Of a DNA stretch of 64,000 bases, positions 48,399 through 60,300 are shown piece after piece (the first letter of the stretch is position 1; the number at the start of each line of letters is the position of its first letter). The position numbers were made by a program, and so were the translations under genes. This DNA is from Eledone cirrhosa (taxonomy: Eukaryota). The DNA lies in contig OZ024757.1 in assembly GCA_964016885.1 (NCBI GenBank), positions 43,866,944 to 43,930,943 of the forward strand, given 5' to 3'. The notes under the pieces were generated by a model, which did no database searches, had not been told where the DNA came from, and worked only from the letters and a program-made list of their open reading frames with translations.

Positions 48399-51300
48399 TT
48401 AGGGTTAGGGTTAGGGTTAGGGTTAGGGTTAGGGTTAGGGTTAGGGTTAGGGTTAGGGTTAGGGTTAGGGTTAGGGTTAGGGTTAGGGTTAGGGTTAGGG
48501 TTAGGGTTAGGGTTAGGGTTAGGGTTAGGGTTAGGGTTAGGGTTAGGGTTAGGGTTAGGGTTAGGGTTAGGGTTAGGGTTAGGGTTAGGGTTAGGGTTAG
48601 GGTTAGGGTTAGGGTTAGGGTTAGGGTTAGGGTTAGGGTTAGGGTTAGGGTTAGGGTTAGGGTTAGGGTTAGGGTTAGGGTTAGGGTTAGGGTTAGGGTT
48701 AGGGTTAGGGTTAGGGTTAGGGTTAGGGTTAGGGTTAGGGTTAGGGTTAGGGTTAGGGTTAGGGTTAGGGTTAGGGTTAGGGTTAGGGTTAGGGTTAGGG
48801 TTAGGGTTAGGGTTAGGGTTAGGGTTAGGGTTAGGGTTAGGGTTAGGGTTAGGGTTAGGGTTAGGGTTAGGGTTAGGGTTAGGGTTAGGGTTAGGGTTAG
48901 GGTTAGGGTTAGGGTTAGGGTTAGGGTTAGGGTTAGGGTTAGGGTTAGGGTTAGGGTTAGGGTTAGGGTTAGGGTTAGGGTTAGGGTTAGGGTTAGGGTT
49001 AGGGTTAGGGTTAGGGTTAGGGTTAGGGTTAGGGTTAGGGTTAGGGTTAGGGTTAGGGTTAGGGTTAGGGTTAGGGTTAGGGTTAGGGTTAGGGTTAGGG
49101 TTAGGGTTAGGGTTAGGGTTAGGGTTAGGGTTAGGGTTAGGGTTAGGGTTAGGGTTAGGGTTAGGGTTAGGGTTAGGGTTAGGGTTAGGGTTAGGGTTAG
49201 GGTTAGGGTTAGGGTTAGGGTTAGGGTTAGGGTTAGGGTTAGGGTTAGGGTTAGGGTTAGGGTTAGGGTTAGGGTTAGGGTTAGGGTTAGGGTTAGGGTT
49301 AGGGTTAGGGTTAGGGTTAGGGTTAGGGTTAGGGTTAGGGTTAGGGTTAGGGTTAGGGTTAGGGTTAGGGTTAGGGTTAGGGTTAGGGTTAGGGTTAGGG
49401 TTAGGGTTAGGGTTAGGGTTAGGGTTAGGGTTAGGGTTAGGGTTAGGGTTAGGGTTAGGGTTAGGGTTAGGGTTAGGGTTAGGGTTAGGGTTAGGGTTAG
49501 GGTTAGGGTTAGGGTTAGGGTTAGGGTTAGGGTTAGGGTTAGGGTTAGGGTTAGGGTTAGGGTTAGGGTTAGGGTTAGGGTTAGGGTTAGGGTTAGGGTT
49601 AGGGTTAGGGTTAGGGTTAGGGTTAGGGTTAGGGTTAGGGTTAGGGTTAGGGTTAGGGTTAGGGTTAGGGTTAGGGTTAGGGTTAGGGTTAGGGTTAGGG
49701 TTAGGGTTAGGGTTAGGGTTAGGGTTAGGGTTAGGGTTAGGGTTAGGGTTAGGGTTAGGGTTAGGGTTAGGGTTAGGGTTAGGGTTAGGGTTAGGGTTAG
49801 GGTTAGGGTTAGGGTTAGGGTTAGGGTTAGGGTTAGGGTTAGGGTTAGGGTTAGGGTTAGGGTTAGGGTTAGGGTTAGGGTTAGGGTTAGGGTTAGGGTT
49901 AGGGTTAGGGTTAGGGTTAGGGTTAGGGTTAGGGTTAGGGTTAGGGTTAGGGTTAGGGTTAGGGTTAGGGTTAGGGTTAGGGTTAGGGTTAGGGTTAGGG
50001 TTAGGGTTAGGGTTAGGGTTAGGGTTAGGGTTAGGGTTAGGGTTAGGGTTAGGGTTAGGGTTAGGGTTAGGGTTAGGGTTAGGGTTAGGGTTAGGGTTAG
50101 GGTTAGGGTTAGGGTTAGGGTTAGGGTTAGGGTTAGGGTTAGGGTTAGGGTTAGGGTTAGGGTTAGGGTTAGGGTTAGGGTTAGGGTTAGGGTTAGGGTT
50201 AGGGTTAGGGTTAGGGTTAGGGTTAGGGTTAGGGTTAGGGTTAGGGTTAGGGTTAGGGTTAGGGTTAGGGTTAGGGTTAGGGTTAGGGTTAGGGTTAGGG
50301 TTAGGGTTAGGGTTAGGGTTAGGGTTAGGGTTAGGGTTAGGGTTAGGGTTAGGGTTAGGGTTAGGGTTAGGGTTAGGGTTAGGGTTAGGGTTAGGGTTAG
50401 GGTTAGGGTTAGGGTTAGGGTTAGGGTTAGGGTTAGGGTTAGGGTTAGGGTTAGGGTTAGGGTTAGGGTTAGGGTTAGGGTTAGGGTTAGGGTTAGGGTT
50501 AGGGTTAGGGTTAGGGTTAGGGTTAGGGTTAGGGTTAGGGTTAGGGTTAGGGTTAGGGTTAGGGTTAGGGTTAGGGTTAGGGTTAGGGTTAGGGTTAGGG
50601 TTAGGGTTAGGGTTAGGGTTAGGGTTAGGGTTAGGGTTAGGGTTAGGGTTAGGGTTAGGGTTAGGGTTAGGGTTAGGGTTAGGGTTAGGGTTAGGGTTAG
50701 GGTTAGGGTTAGGGTTAGGGTTAGGGTTAGGGTTAGGGTTAGGGTTAGGGTTAGGGTTAGGGTTAGGGTTAGGGTTAGGGTTAGGGTTAGGGTTAGGGTT
50801 AGGGTTAGGGTTAGGGTTAGGGTTAGGGTTAGGGTTAGGGTTAGGGTTAGGGTTAGGGTTAGGGTTAGGGTTAGGGTTAGGGTTAGGGTTAGGGTTAGGG
50901 TTAGGGTTAGGGTTAGGGTTAGGGTTAGGGTTAGGGTTAGGGTTAGGGTTAGGGTTAGGGTTAGGGTTAGGGTTAGGGTTAGGGTTAGGGTTAGGGTTAG
51001 GGTTAGGGTTAGGGTTAGGGTTAGGGTTAGGGTTAGGGTTAGGGTTAGGGTTAGGGTTAGGGTTAGGGTTAGGGTTAGGGTTAGGGTTAGGGTTAGGGTT
51101 AGGGTTAGGGTTAGGGTTAGGGTTAGGGTTAGGGTTAGGGTTAGGGTTAGGGTTAGGGTTAGGGTTAGGGTTAGGGTTAGGGTTAGGGTTAGGGTTAGGG
51201 TTAGGGTTAGGGTTAGGGTTAGGGTTAGGGTTAGGGTTAGGGTTAGGGTTAGGGTTAGGGTTAGGGTTAGGGTTAGGGTTAGGGTTAGGGTTAGGGTTAG

Positions 51301-54300
51301 GGTTAGGGTTAGGGTTAGGGTTAGGGTTAGGGTTAGGGTTAGGGTTAGGTTAGGGTTAGGGTTAGGGTTAGGGTTAGGGTTAGGGTTAGGGTTAGGGTTA
51401 GGGTTAGGGTTAGGGTTAGGGTTAGGGTTAGGGTTAGGGTTAGGGTTAGGGTTAGGGTTAGGGTTAGGGTTAGGGTTAGGGTTAGGGTTAGGGTTAGGGT
51501 TAGGGTTAGGGTTAGGGTTAGGGTTAGGGTTAGGGTTAGGGTTAGGGTTAGGGTTAGGGTTAGGGTTAGGGTTAGGGTTAGGGTTAGGGTTAGGGTTAGG
51601 GTTAGGGTTAGGGTTAGGGTTAGGGTTAGGGTTAGGGTTAGGGTTAGGGTTAGGGTTAGGGTTAGGGTTAGGGTTAGGGTTAGGGTTAGGGTTAGGGTTA
51701 GGGTTAGGGTTAGGGTTAGGGTTAGGGTTAGGGTTAGGGTTAGGGTTAGGGTTAGGGTTAGGGTTAGGGTTAGGGTTAGGGTTAGGGTTAGGGTTAGGGT
51801 TAGGGTTAGGGTTAGGGTTAGGGTTAGGGTTAGGGTTAGGGTTAGGGTTAGGGTTAGGGTTAGGGTTAGGGTTAGGGTTAGGGTTAGGGTTAGGGTTAGG
51901 GTTAGGGTTAGGGTTAGGGTTAGGGTTAGGGTTAGGGTTAGGGTTAGGGTTAGGGTTAGGGTTAGGGTTAGGGTTAGGGTTAGGGTTAGGGTTAGGGTTA
52001 GGGTTAGGGTTAGGGTTAGGGTTAGGGTTAGGGTTAGGGTTAGGGTTAGGGTTAGGGTTAGGGTTAGGGTTAGGGTTAGGGTTAGGGTTAGGGTTAGGGT
52101 TAGGGTTAGGGTTAGGGTTAGGGTTAGGGTTAGGGTTAGGGTTAGGGTTAGGGTTAGGGTTAGGGTTAGGGTTAGGGTTAGGGTTAGGGTTAGGGTTAGG
52201 GTTAGGGTTAGGGTTAGGGTTAGGGTTAGGGTTAGGGTTAGGGTTAGGGTTAGGGTTAGGGTTAGGGTTAGGGTTAGGGTTAGGGTTAGGGTTAGGGTTA
52301 GGGTTAGGGTTAGGGTTAGGGTTAGGGTTAGGGTTAGGGTTAGGGTTAGGGTTAGGGTTAGGGTTAGGGTTAGGGTTAGGGTTAGGGTTAGGGTTAGGGT
52401 TAGGGTTAGGGTTAGGGTTAGGGTTAGGGTTAGGGTTAGGGTTAGGGTTAGGGTTAGGGTTAGGGTTAGGGTTAGGGTTAGGGTTAGGGTTAGGGTTAGG
52501 GTTAGGGTTAGGGTTAGGGTTAGGGTTAGGGTTAGGGTTAGGGTTAGGGTTAGGGTTAGGGTTAGGGTTAGGGTTAGGGTTAGGGTTAGGGTTAGGGTTA
52601 GGGTTAGGGTTAGGGTTAGGGTTAGGGTTAGGGTTAGGGTTAGGGTTAGGGTTAGGGTTAGGGTTAGGGTTAGGGTTAGGGTTAGGGTTAGGGTTAGGGT
52701 TAGGGTTAGGGTTAGGGTTAGGGTTAGGGTTAGGGTTAGGGTTAGGGTTAGGGTTAGGGTTAGGGTTAGGGTTAGGGTTAGGGTTAGGGTTAGGGTTAGG
52801 GTTAGGGTTAGGGTTAGGGTTAGGGTTAGGGTTAGGGTTAGGGTTAGGGTTAGGGTTAGGGTTAGGGTTAGGGTTAGGGTTAGGGTTAGGGTTAGGGTTA
52901 GGGTTAGGGTTAGGGTTAGGGTTAGGGTTAGGGTTAGGGTTAGGGTTAGGGTTAGGGTTAGGGTTAGGGTTAGGGTTAGGGTTAGGGTTAGGGTTAGGGT
53001 TAGGGTTAGGGTTAGGGTTAGGGTTAGGGTTAGGGTTAGGGTTAGGGTTAGGGTTAGGGTTAGGGTTAGGGTTAGGGTTAGGGTTAGGGTTAGGGTTAGG
53101 GTTAGGGTTAGGGTTAGGGTTAGGGTTAGGGTTAGGGTTAGGGTTAGGGTTAGGGTTAGGGTTAGGGTTAGGGTTAGGGTTAGGGTTAGGGTTAGGGTTA
53201 GGGTTAGGGTTAGGGTTAGGGTTAGGGTTAGGGTTAGGGTTAGGGTTAGGGTTAGGGTTAGGGTTAGGGTTAGGGTTAGGGTTAGGGTTAGGGTTAGGGT
53301 TAGGGTTAGGGTTAGGGTTAGGGTTAGGGTTAGGGTTAGGGTTAGGGTTAGGGTTAGGGTTAGGGTTAGGGTTAGGGTTAGGGTTAGGGTTAGGGTTAGG
53401 GTTAGGGTTAGGGTTAGGGTTAGGGTTAGGGTTAGGGTTAGGGTTAGGGTTAGGGTTAGGGTTAGGGTTAGGGTTAGGGTTAGGGTTAGGGTTAGGGTTA
53501 GGGTTAGGGTTAGGGTTAGGGTTAGGGTTAGGGTTAGGGTTAGGGTTAGGGTTAGGGTTAGGGTTAGGGTTAGGGTTAGGGTTAGGGTTAGGGTTAGGGT
53601 TAGGGTTAGGGTTAGGGTTAGGGTTAGGGTTAGGGTTAGGGTTAGGGTTAGGGTTAGGGTTAGGGTTAGGGTTAGGGTTAGGGTTAGGGTTAGGGTTAGG
53701 GTTAGGGTTAGGGTTAGGGTTAGGGTTAGGGTTAGGGTTAGGGTTAGGGTTAGGGTTAGGGTTAGGGTTAGGGTTAGGGTTAGGGTTAGGGTTAGGGTTA
53801 GGGTTAGGGTTAGGGTTAGGGTTAGGGTTAGGGTTAGGGTTAGGGTTAGGGTTAGGGTTAGGGTTAGGGTTAGGGTTAGGGTTAGGGTTAGGGTTAGGGT
53901 TAGGGTTAGGGTTAGGGTTAGGGTTAGGGTTAGGGTTAGGGTTAGGGTTAGGGTTAGGGTTAGGGTTAGGGTTAGGGTTAGGGTTAGGGTTAGGGTTAGG
54001 GTTAGGGTTAGGGTTAGGGTTAGGGTTAGGGTTAGGGTTAGGGTTAGGGTTAGGGTTAGGGTTAGGGTTAGGGTTAGGGTTAGGGTTAGGGTTAGGGTTA
54101 GGGTTAGGGTTAGGGTTAGGGTTAGGGTTAGGGTTAGGGTTAGGGTTAGGGTTAGGGTTAGGGTTAGGGTTAGGGTTAGGGTTAGGGTTAGGGTTAGGGT
54201 TAGGGTTAGGGTTAGGGTTAGGGTTAGGGTTAGGGTTAGGGTTAGGGTTAGGGTTAGGGTTAGGGTTAGGGTTAGGGTTAGGGTTAGGGTTAGGGTTAGG

Positions 54301-57300
54301 GTTAGGGTTAGGGTTAGGGTTAGGGTTAGGGTTAGGGTTAGGGTTAGGGTTAGGGTTAGGGTTAGGGTTAGGGTTAGGGTTAGGGTTAGGGTTAGGGTTA
54401 GGGTTAGGGTTAGGGTTAGGGTTAGGGTTAGGGTTAGGGTTAGGGTTAGGGTTAGGGTTAGGGTTAGGGTTAGGGTTAGGGTTAGGGTTAGGGTTAGGGT
54501 TAGGGTTAGGGTTAGGGTTAGGGTTAGGGTTAGGGTTAGGGTTAGGGTTAGGGTTAGGGTTAGGGTTAGGGTTAGGGTTAGGGTTAGGGTTAGGGTTAGG
54601 GTTAGGGTTAGGGTTAGGGTTAGGGTTAGGGTTAGGGTTAGGGTTAGGGTTAGGGTTAGGGTTAGGGTTAGGGTTAGGGTTAGGGTTAGGGTTAGGGTTA
54701 GGGTTAGGGTTAGGGTTAGGGTTAGGGTTAGGGTTAGGGTTAGGGTTAGGGTTAGGGTTAGGGTTAGGGTTAGGGTTAGGGTTAGGGTTAGGGTTAGGGT
54801 TAGGGTTAGGGTTAGGGTTAGGGTTAGGGTTAGGGTTAGGGTTAGGGTTAGGGTTAGGGTTAGGGTTAGGGTTAGGGTTAGGGTTAGGGTTAGGGTTAGG
54901 GTTAGGGTTAGGGTTAGGGTTAGGGTTAGGGTTAGGGTTAGGGTTAGGGTTAGGGTTAGGGTTAGGGTTAGGGTTAGGGTTAGGGTTAGGGTTAGGGTTA
55001 GGGTTAGGGTTAGGGTTAGGGTTAGGGTTAGGGTTAGGGTTAGGGTTAGGGTTAGGGTTAGGGTTAGGGTTAGGGTTAGGGTTAGGGTTAGGGTTAGGGT
55101 TAGGGTTAGGGTTAGGGTTAGGGTTAGGGTTAGGGTTAGGGTTAGGGTTAGGGTTAGGGTTAGGGTTAGGGTTAGGGTTAGGGTTAGGGTTAGGGTTAGG
55201 GTTAGGGTTAGGGTTAGGGTTAGGGTTAGGGTTAGGGTTAGGGTTAGGGTTAGGGTTAGGGTTAGGGTTAGGGTTAGGGTTAGGGTTAGGGTTAGGGTTA
55301 GGGTTAGGGTTAGGGTTAGGGTTAGGGTTAGGGTTAGGGTTAGGGTTAGGGTTAGGGTTAGGGTTAGGGTTAGGGTTAGGGTTAGGGTTAGGGTTAGGGT
55401 TAGGGTTAGGGTTAGGGTTAGGGTTAGGGTTAGGGTTAGGGTTAGGGTTAGGGTTAGGGTTAGGGTTAGGGTTAGGGTTAGGGTTAGGGTTAGGGTTAGG
55501 GTTAGGGTTAGGGTTAGGGTTAGGGTTAGGGTTAGGGTTAGGGTTAGGGTTAGGGTTAGGGTTAGGGTTAGGGTTAGGGTTAGGGTTAGGGTTAGGGTTA
55601 GGGTTAGGGTTAGGGTTAGGGTTAGGGTTAGGGTTAGGGTTAGGGTTAGGGTTAGGGTTAGGGTTAGGGTTAGGGTTAGGGTTAGGGTTAGGGTTAGGGT
55701 TAGGGTTAGGGTTAGGGTTAGGGTTAGGGTTAGGGTTAGGGTTAGGGTTAGGGTTAGGGTTAGGGTTAGGGTTAGGGTTAGGGTTAGGGTTAGGGTTAGG
55801 GTTAGGGTTAGGGTTAGGGTTAGGGTTAGGGTTAGGGTTAGGGTTAGGGTTAGGGTTAGGGTTAGGGTTAGGGTTAGGGTTAGGGTTAGGGTTAGGGTTA
55901 GGGTTAGGGTTAGGTTAGGGTTAGGGTTAGGGTTAGGGTTAGGGTTAGGGTTAGGGTTAGGGTTAGGGTTAGGGTTAGGGTTAGGGTTAGGGTTAGGGTT
56001 AGGGTTAGGGTTAGGGTTAGGGTTAGGGTTAGGGTTAGGGTTAGGGTTAGGGTTAGGGTTAGGGTTAGGGTTAGGGTTAGGGTTAGGGTTAGGGTTAGGG
56101 TTAGGGTTAGGGTTAGGGTTAGGGTTAGGGTTAGGGTTAGGGTTAGGGTTAGGGTTAGGGTTAGGGTTAGGGTTAGGGTTAGGGTTAGGGTTAGGGTTAG
56201 GGTTAGGGTTAGGGTTAGGGTTAGGGTTAGGGTTAGGGTTAGGGTTAGGGTTAGGGTTAGGGTTAGGGTTAGGGTTAGGGTTAGGGTTAGGGTTAGGGTT
56301 AGGGTTAGGGTTAGGGTTAGGGTTAGGGTTAGGGTTAGGGTTAGGGTTAGGGTTAGGGTTAGGGTTAGGGTTAGGGTTAGGGTTAGGGTTAGGGTTAGGG
56401 TTAGGGTTAGGGTTAGGGTTAGGGTTAGGGTTAGGGTTAGGGTTAGGGTTAGGGTTAGGGTTAGGGTTAGGGTTAGGGTTAGGGTTAGGGTTAGGGTTAG
56501 GGTTAGGGTTAGGGTTAGGGTTAGGGTTAGGGTTAGGGTTAGGGTTAGGGTTAGGGTTAGGGTTAGGGTTAGGGTTAGGGTTAGGGTTAGGGTTAGGGTT
56601 AGGGTTAGGGTTAGGGTTAGGGTTAGGGTTAGGGTTAGGGTTAGGGTTAGGGTTAGGGTTAGGGTTAGGGTTAGGGTTAGGGTTAGGGTTAGGGTTAGGG
56701 TTAGGGTTAGGGTTAGGGTTAGGGTTAGGGTTAGGGTTAGGGTTAGGGTTAGGGTTAGGGTTAGGGTTAGGGTTAGGGTTAGGGTTAGGGTTAGGGTTAG
56801 GGTTAGGGTTAGGGTTAGGGTTAGGGTTAGGGTTAGGGTTAGGGTTAGGGTTAGGGTTAGGGTTAGGGTTAGGGTTAGGGTTAGGGTTAGGGTTAGGGTT
56901 AGGGTTAGGGTTAGGGTTAGGGTTAGGGTTAGGGTTAGGGTTAGGGTTAGGGTTAGGGTTAGGGTTAGGGTTAGGGTTAGGGTTAGGGTTAGGGTTAGGG
57001 TTAGGGTTAGGGTTAGGGTTAGGGTTAGGGTTAGGGTTAGGGTTAGGGTTAGGGTTAGGGTTAGGGTTAGGGTTAGGGTTAGGGTTAGGGTTAGGGTTAG
57101 GGTTAGGGTTAGGGTTAGGGTTAGGGTTAGGGTTAGGGTTAGGGTTAGGGTTAGGGTTAGGGTTAGGGTTAGGGTTAGGGTTAGGGTTAGGGTTAGGGTT
57201 AGGGTTAGGGTTAGGGTTAGGGTTAGGGTTAGGGTTAGGGTTAGGGTTAGGGTTAGGGTTAGGGTTAGGGTTAGGGTTAGGGTTAGGGTTAGGGTTAGGG

Positions 57301-60300
57301 TTAGGGTTAGGGTTAGGGTTAGGGTTAGGGTTAGGGTTAGGGTTAGGGTTAGGGTTAGGGTTAGGGTTAGGGTTAGGGTTAGGGTTAGGGTTAGGGTTAG
57401 GGTTAGGGTTAGGGTTAGGGTTAGGGTTAGGGTTAGGGTTAGGGTTAGGGTTAGGGTTAGGGTTAGGGTTAGGGTTAGGGTTAGGGTTAGGGTTAGGGTT
57501 AGGGTTAGGGTTAGGGTTAGGGTTAGGGTTAGGGTTAGGGTTAGGGTTAGGGTTAGGGTTAGGGTTAGGGTTAGGGTTAGGGTTAGGGTTAGGGTTAGGG
57601 TTAGGGTTAGGGTTAGGGTTAGGGTTAGGGTTAGGGTTAGGGTTAGGGTTAGGGTTAGGGTTAGGGTTAGGGTTAGGGTTAGGGTTAGGGTTAGGGTTAG
57701 GGTTAGGGTTAGGGTTAGGGTTAGGGTTAGGGTTAGGGTTAGGGTTAGGGTTAGGGTTAGGGTTAGGGTTAGGGTTAGGGTTAGGGTTAGGGTTAGGGTT
57801 AGGGTTAGGGTTAGGGTTAGGGTTAGGGTTAGGGTTAGGGTTAGGGTTAGGGTTAGGGTTAGGGTTAGGGTTAGGGTTAGGGTTAGGGTTAGGGTTAGGG
57901 TTAGGGTTAGGGTTAGGGTTAGGGTTAGGGTTAGGGTTAGGGTTAGGGTTAGGGTTAGGGTTAGGGTTAGGGTTAGGGTTAGGGTTAGGGTTAGGGTTAG
58001 GGTTAGGGTTAGGGTTAGGGTTAGGGTTAGGGTTAGGGTTAGGGTTAGGGTTAGGGTTAGGGTTAGGGTTAGGGTTAGGGTTAGGGTTAGGGTTAGGGTT
58101 AGGGTTAGGGTTAGGGTTAGGGTTAGGGTTAGGGTTAGGGTTAGGGTTAGGGTTAGGGTTAGGGTTAGGGTTAGGGTTAGGGTTAGGGTTAGGGTTAGGG
58201 TTAGGGTTAGGGTTAGGGTTAGGGTTAGGGTTAGGGTTAGGGTTAGGGTTAGGGTTAGGGTTAGGGTTAGGGTTAGGGTTAGGGTTAGGGTTAGGGTTAG
58301 GGTTAGGGTTAGGGTTAGGGTTAGGGTTAGGGTTAGGGTTAGGGTTAGGGTTAGGGTTAGGGTTAGGGTTAGGGTTAGGGTTAGGGTTAGGGTTAGGGTT
58401 AGGGTTAGGGTTAGGGTTAGGGTTAGGGTTAGGGTTAGGGTTAGGGTTAGGGTTAGGGTTAGGGTTAGGGTTAGGGTTAGGGTTAGGGTTAGGGTTAGGG
58501 TTAGGGTTAGGGTTAGGGTTAGGGTTAGGGTTAGGGTTAGGGTTAGGGTTAGGGTTAGGGTTAGGGTTAGGGTTAGGGTTAGGGTTAGGGTTAGGGTTAG
58601 GGTTAGGGTTAGGGTTAGGGTTAGGGTTAGGGTTAGGGTTAGGGTTAGGGTTAGGGTTAGGGTTAGGGTTAGGGTTAGGGTTAGGGTTAGGGTTAGGGTT
58701 AGGGTTAGGGTTAGGGTTAGGGTTAGGGTTAGGGTTAGGGTTAGGGTTAGGGTTAGGGTTAGGGTTAGGGTTAGGGTTAGGGTTAGGGTTAGGGTTAGGG
58801 TTAGGGTTAGGGTTAGGGTTAGGGTTAGGGTTAGGGTTAGGGTTAGGGTTAGGGTTAGGGTTAGGGTTAGGGTTAGGGTTAGGGTTAGGGTTAGGGTTAG
58901 GGTTAGGGTTAGGGTTAGGGTTAGGGTTAGGGTTAGGGTTAGGGTTAGGGTTAGGGTTAGGGTTAGGGTTAGGGTTAGGGTTAGGGTTAGGGTTAGGGTT
59001 AGGGTTAGGGTTAGGGTTAGGGTTAGGGTTAGGGTTAGGGTTAGGGTTAGGGTTAGGGTTAGGGTTAGGGTTAGGGTTAGGGTTAGGGTTAGGGTTAGGG
59101 TTAGGGTTAGGGTTAGGGTTAGGGTTAGGGTTAGGGTTAGGGTTAGGGTTAGGGTTAGGGTTAGGGTTAGGGTTAGGGTTAGGGTTAGGGTTAGGGTTAG
59201 GGTTAGGGTTAGGGTTAGGGTTAGGGTTAGGGTTAGGGTTAGGGTTAGGGTTAGGGTTAGGGTTAGGGTTAGGGTTAGGGTTAGGGTTAGGGTTAGGGTT
59301 AGGGTTAGGGTTAGGGTTAGGGTTAGGGTTAGGGTTAGGGTTAGGGTTAGGGTTAGGGTTAGGGTTAGGGTTAGGGTTAGGGTTAGGGTTAGGGTTAGGG
59401 TTAGGGTTAGGGTTAGGGTTAGGGTTAGGGTTAGGGTTAGGGTTAGGGTTAGGGTTAGGGTTAGGGTTAGGGTTAGGGTTAGGGTTAGGGTTAGGGTTAG
59501 GGTTAGGGTTAGGGTTAGGGTTAGGGTTAGGGTTAGGGTTAGGGTTAGGGTTAGGGTTAGGGTTAGGGTTAGGGTTAGGGTTAGGGTTAGGGTTAGGGTT
59601 AGGGTTAGGGTTAGGGTTAGGGTTAGGGTTAGGGTTAGGGTTAGGGTTAGGGTTAGGGTTAGGGTTAGGGTTAGGGTTAGGGTTAGGGTTAGGGTTAGGG
59701 TTAGGGTTAGGGTTAGGGTTAGGGTTAGGGTTAGGGTTAGGGTTAGGGTTAGGGTTAGGGTTAGGGTTAGGGTTAGGGTTAGGGTTAGGGTTAGGGTTAG
59801 GGTTAGGGTTAGGGTTAGGGTTAGGGTTAGGGTTAGGGTTAGGGTTAGGGTTAGGGTTAGGGTTAGGGTTAGGGTTAGGGTTAGGGTTAGGGTTAGGGTT
59901 AGGGTTAGGGTTAGGGTTAGGGTTAGGGTTAGGGTTAGGGTTAGGGTTAGGGTTAGGGTTAGGGTTAGGGTTAGGGTTAGGGTTAGGGTTAGGGTTAGGG
60001 TTAGGGTTAGGGTTAGGGTTAGGGTTAGGGTTAGGGTTAGGGTTAGGGTTAGGGTTAGGGTTAGGGTTAGGGTTAGGGTTAGGGTTAGGGTTAGGGTTAG
60101 GGTTAGGGTTAGGGTTAGGGTTAGGGTTAGGGTTAGGGTTAGGGTTAGGGTTAGGGTTAGGGTTAGGGTTAGGGTTAGGGTTAGGGTTAGGGTTAGGGTT
60201 AGGGTTAGGGTTAGGGTTAGGGTTAGGGTTAGGGTTAGGGTTAGGGTTAGGGTTAGGGTTAGGGTTAGGGTTAGGGTTAGGGTTAGGGTTAGGGTTAGGG

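Noticed and set aside
47990-55918. Poly-LG / poly-VR ORFs of 2642 and 1064 aa
   Set aside because: Translation of telomeric repeats with no real ATG start; no evidence of expression from sequence alone.
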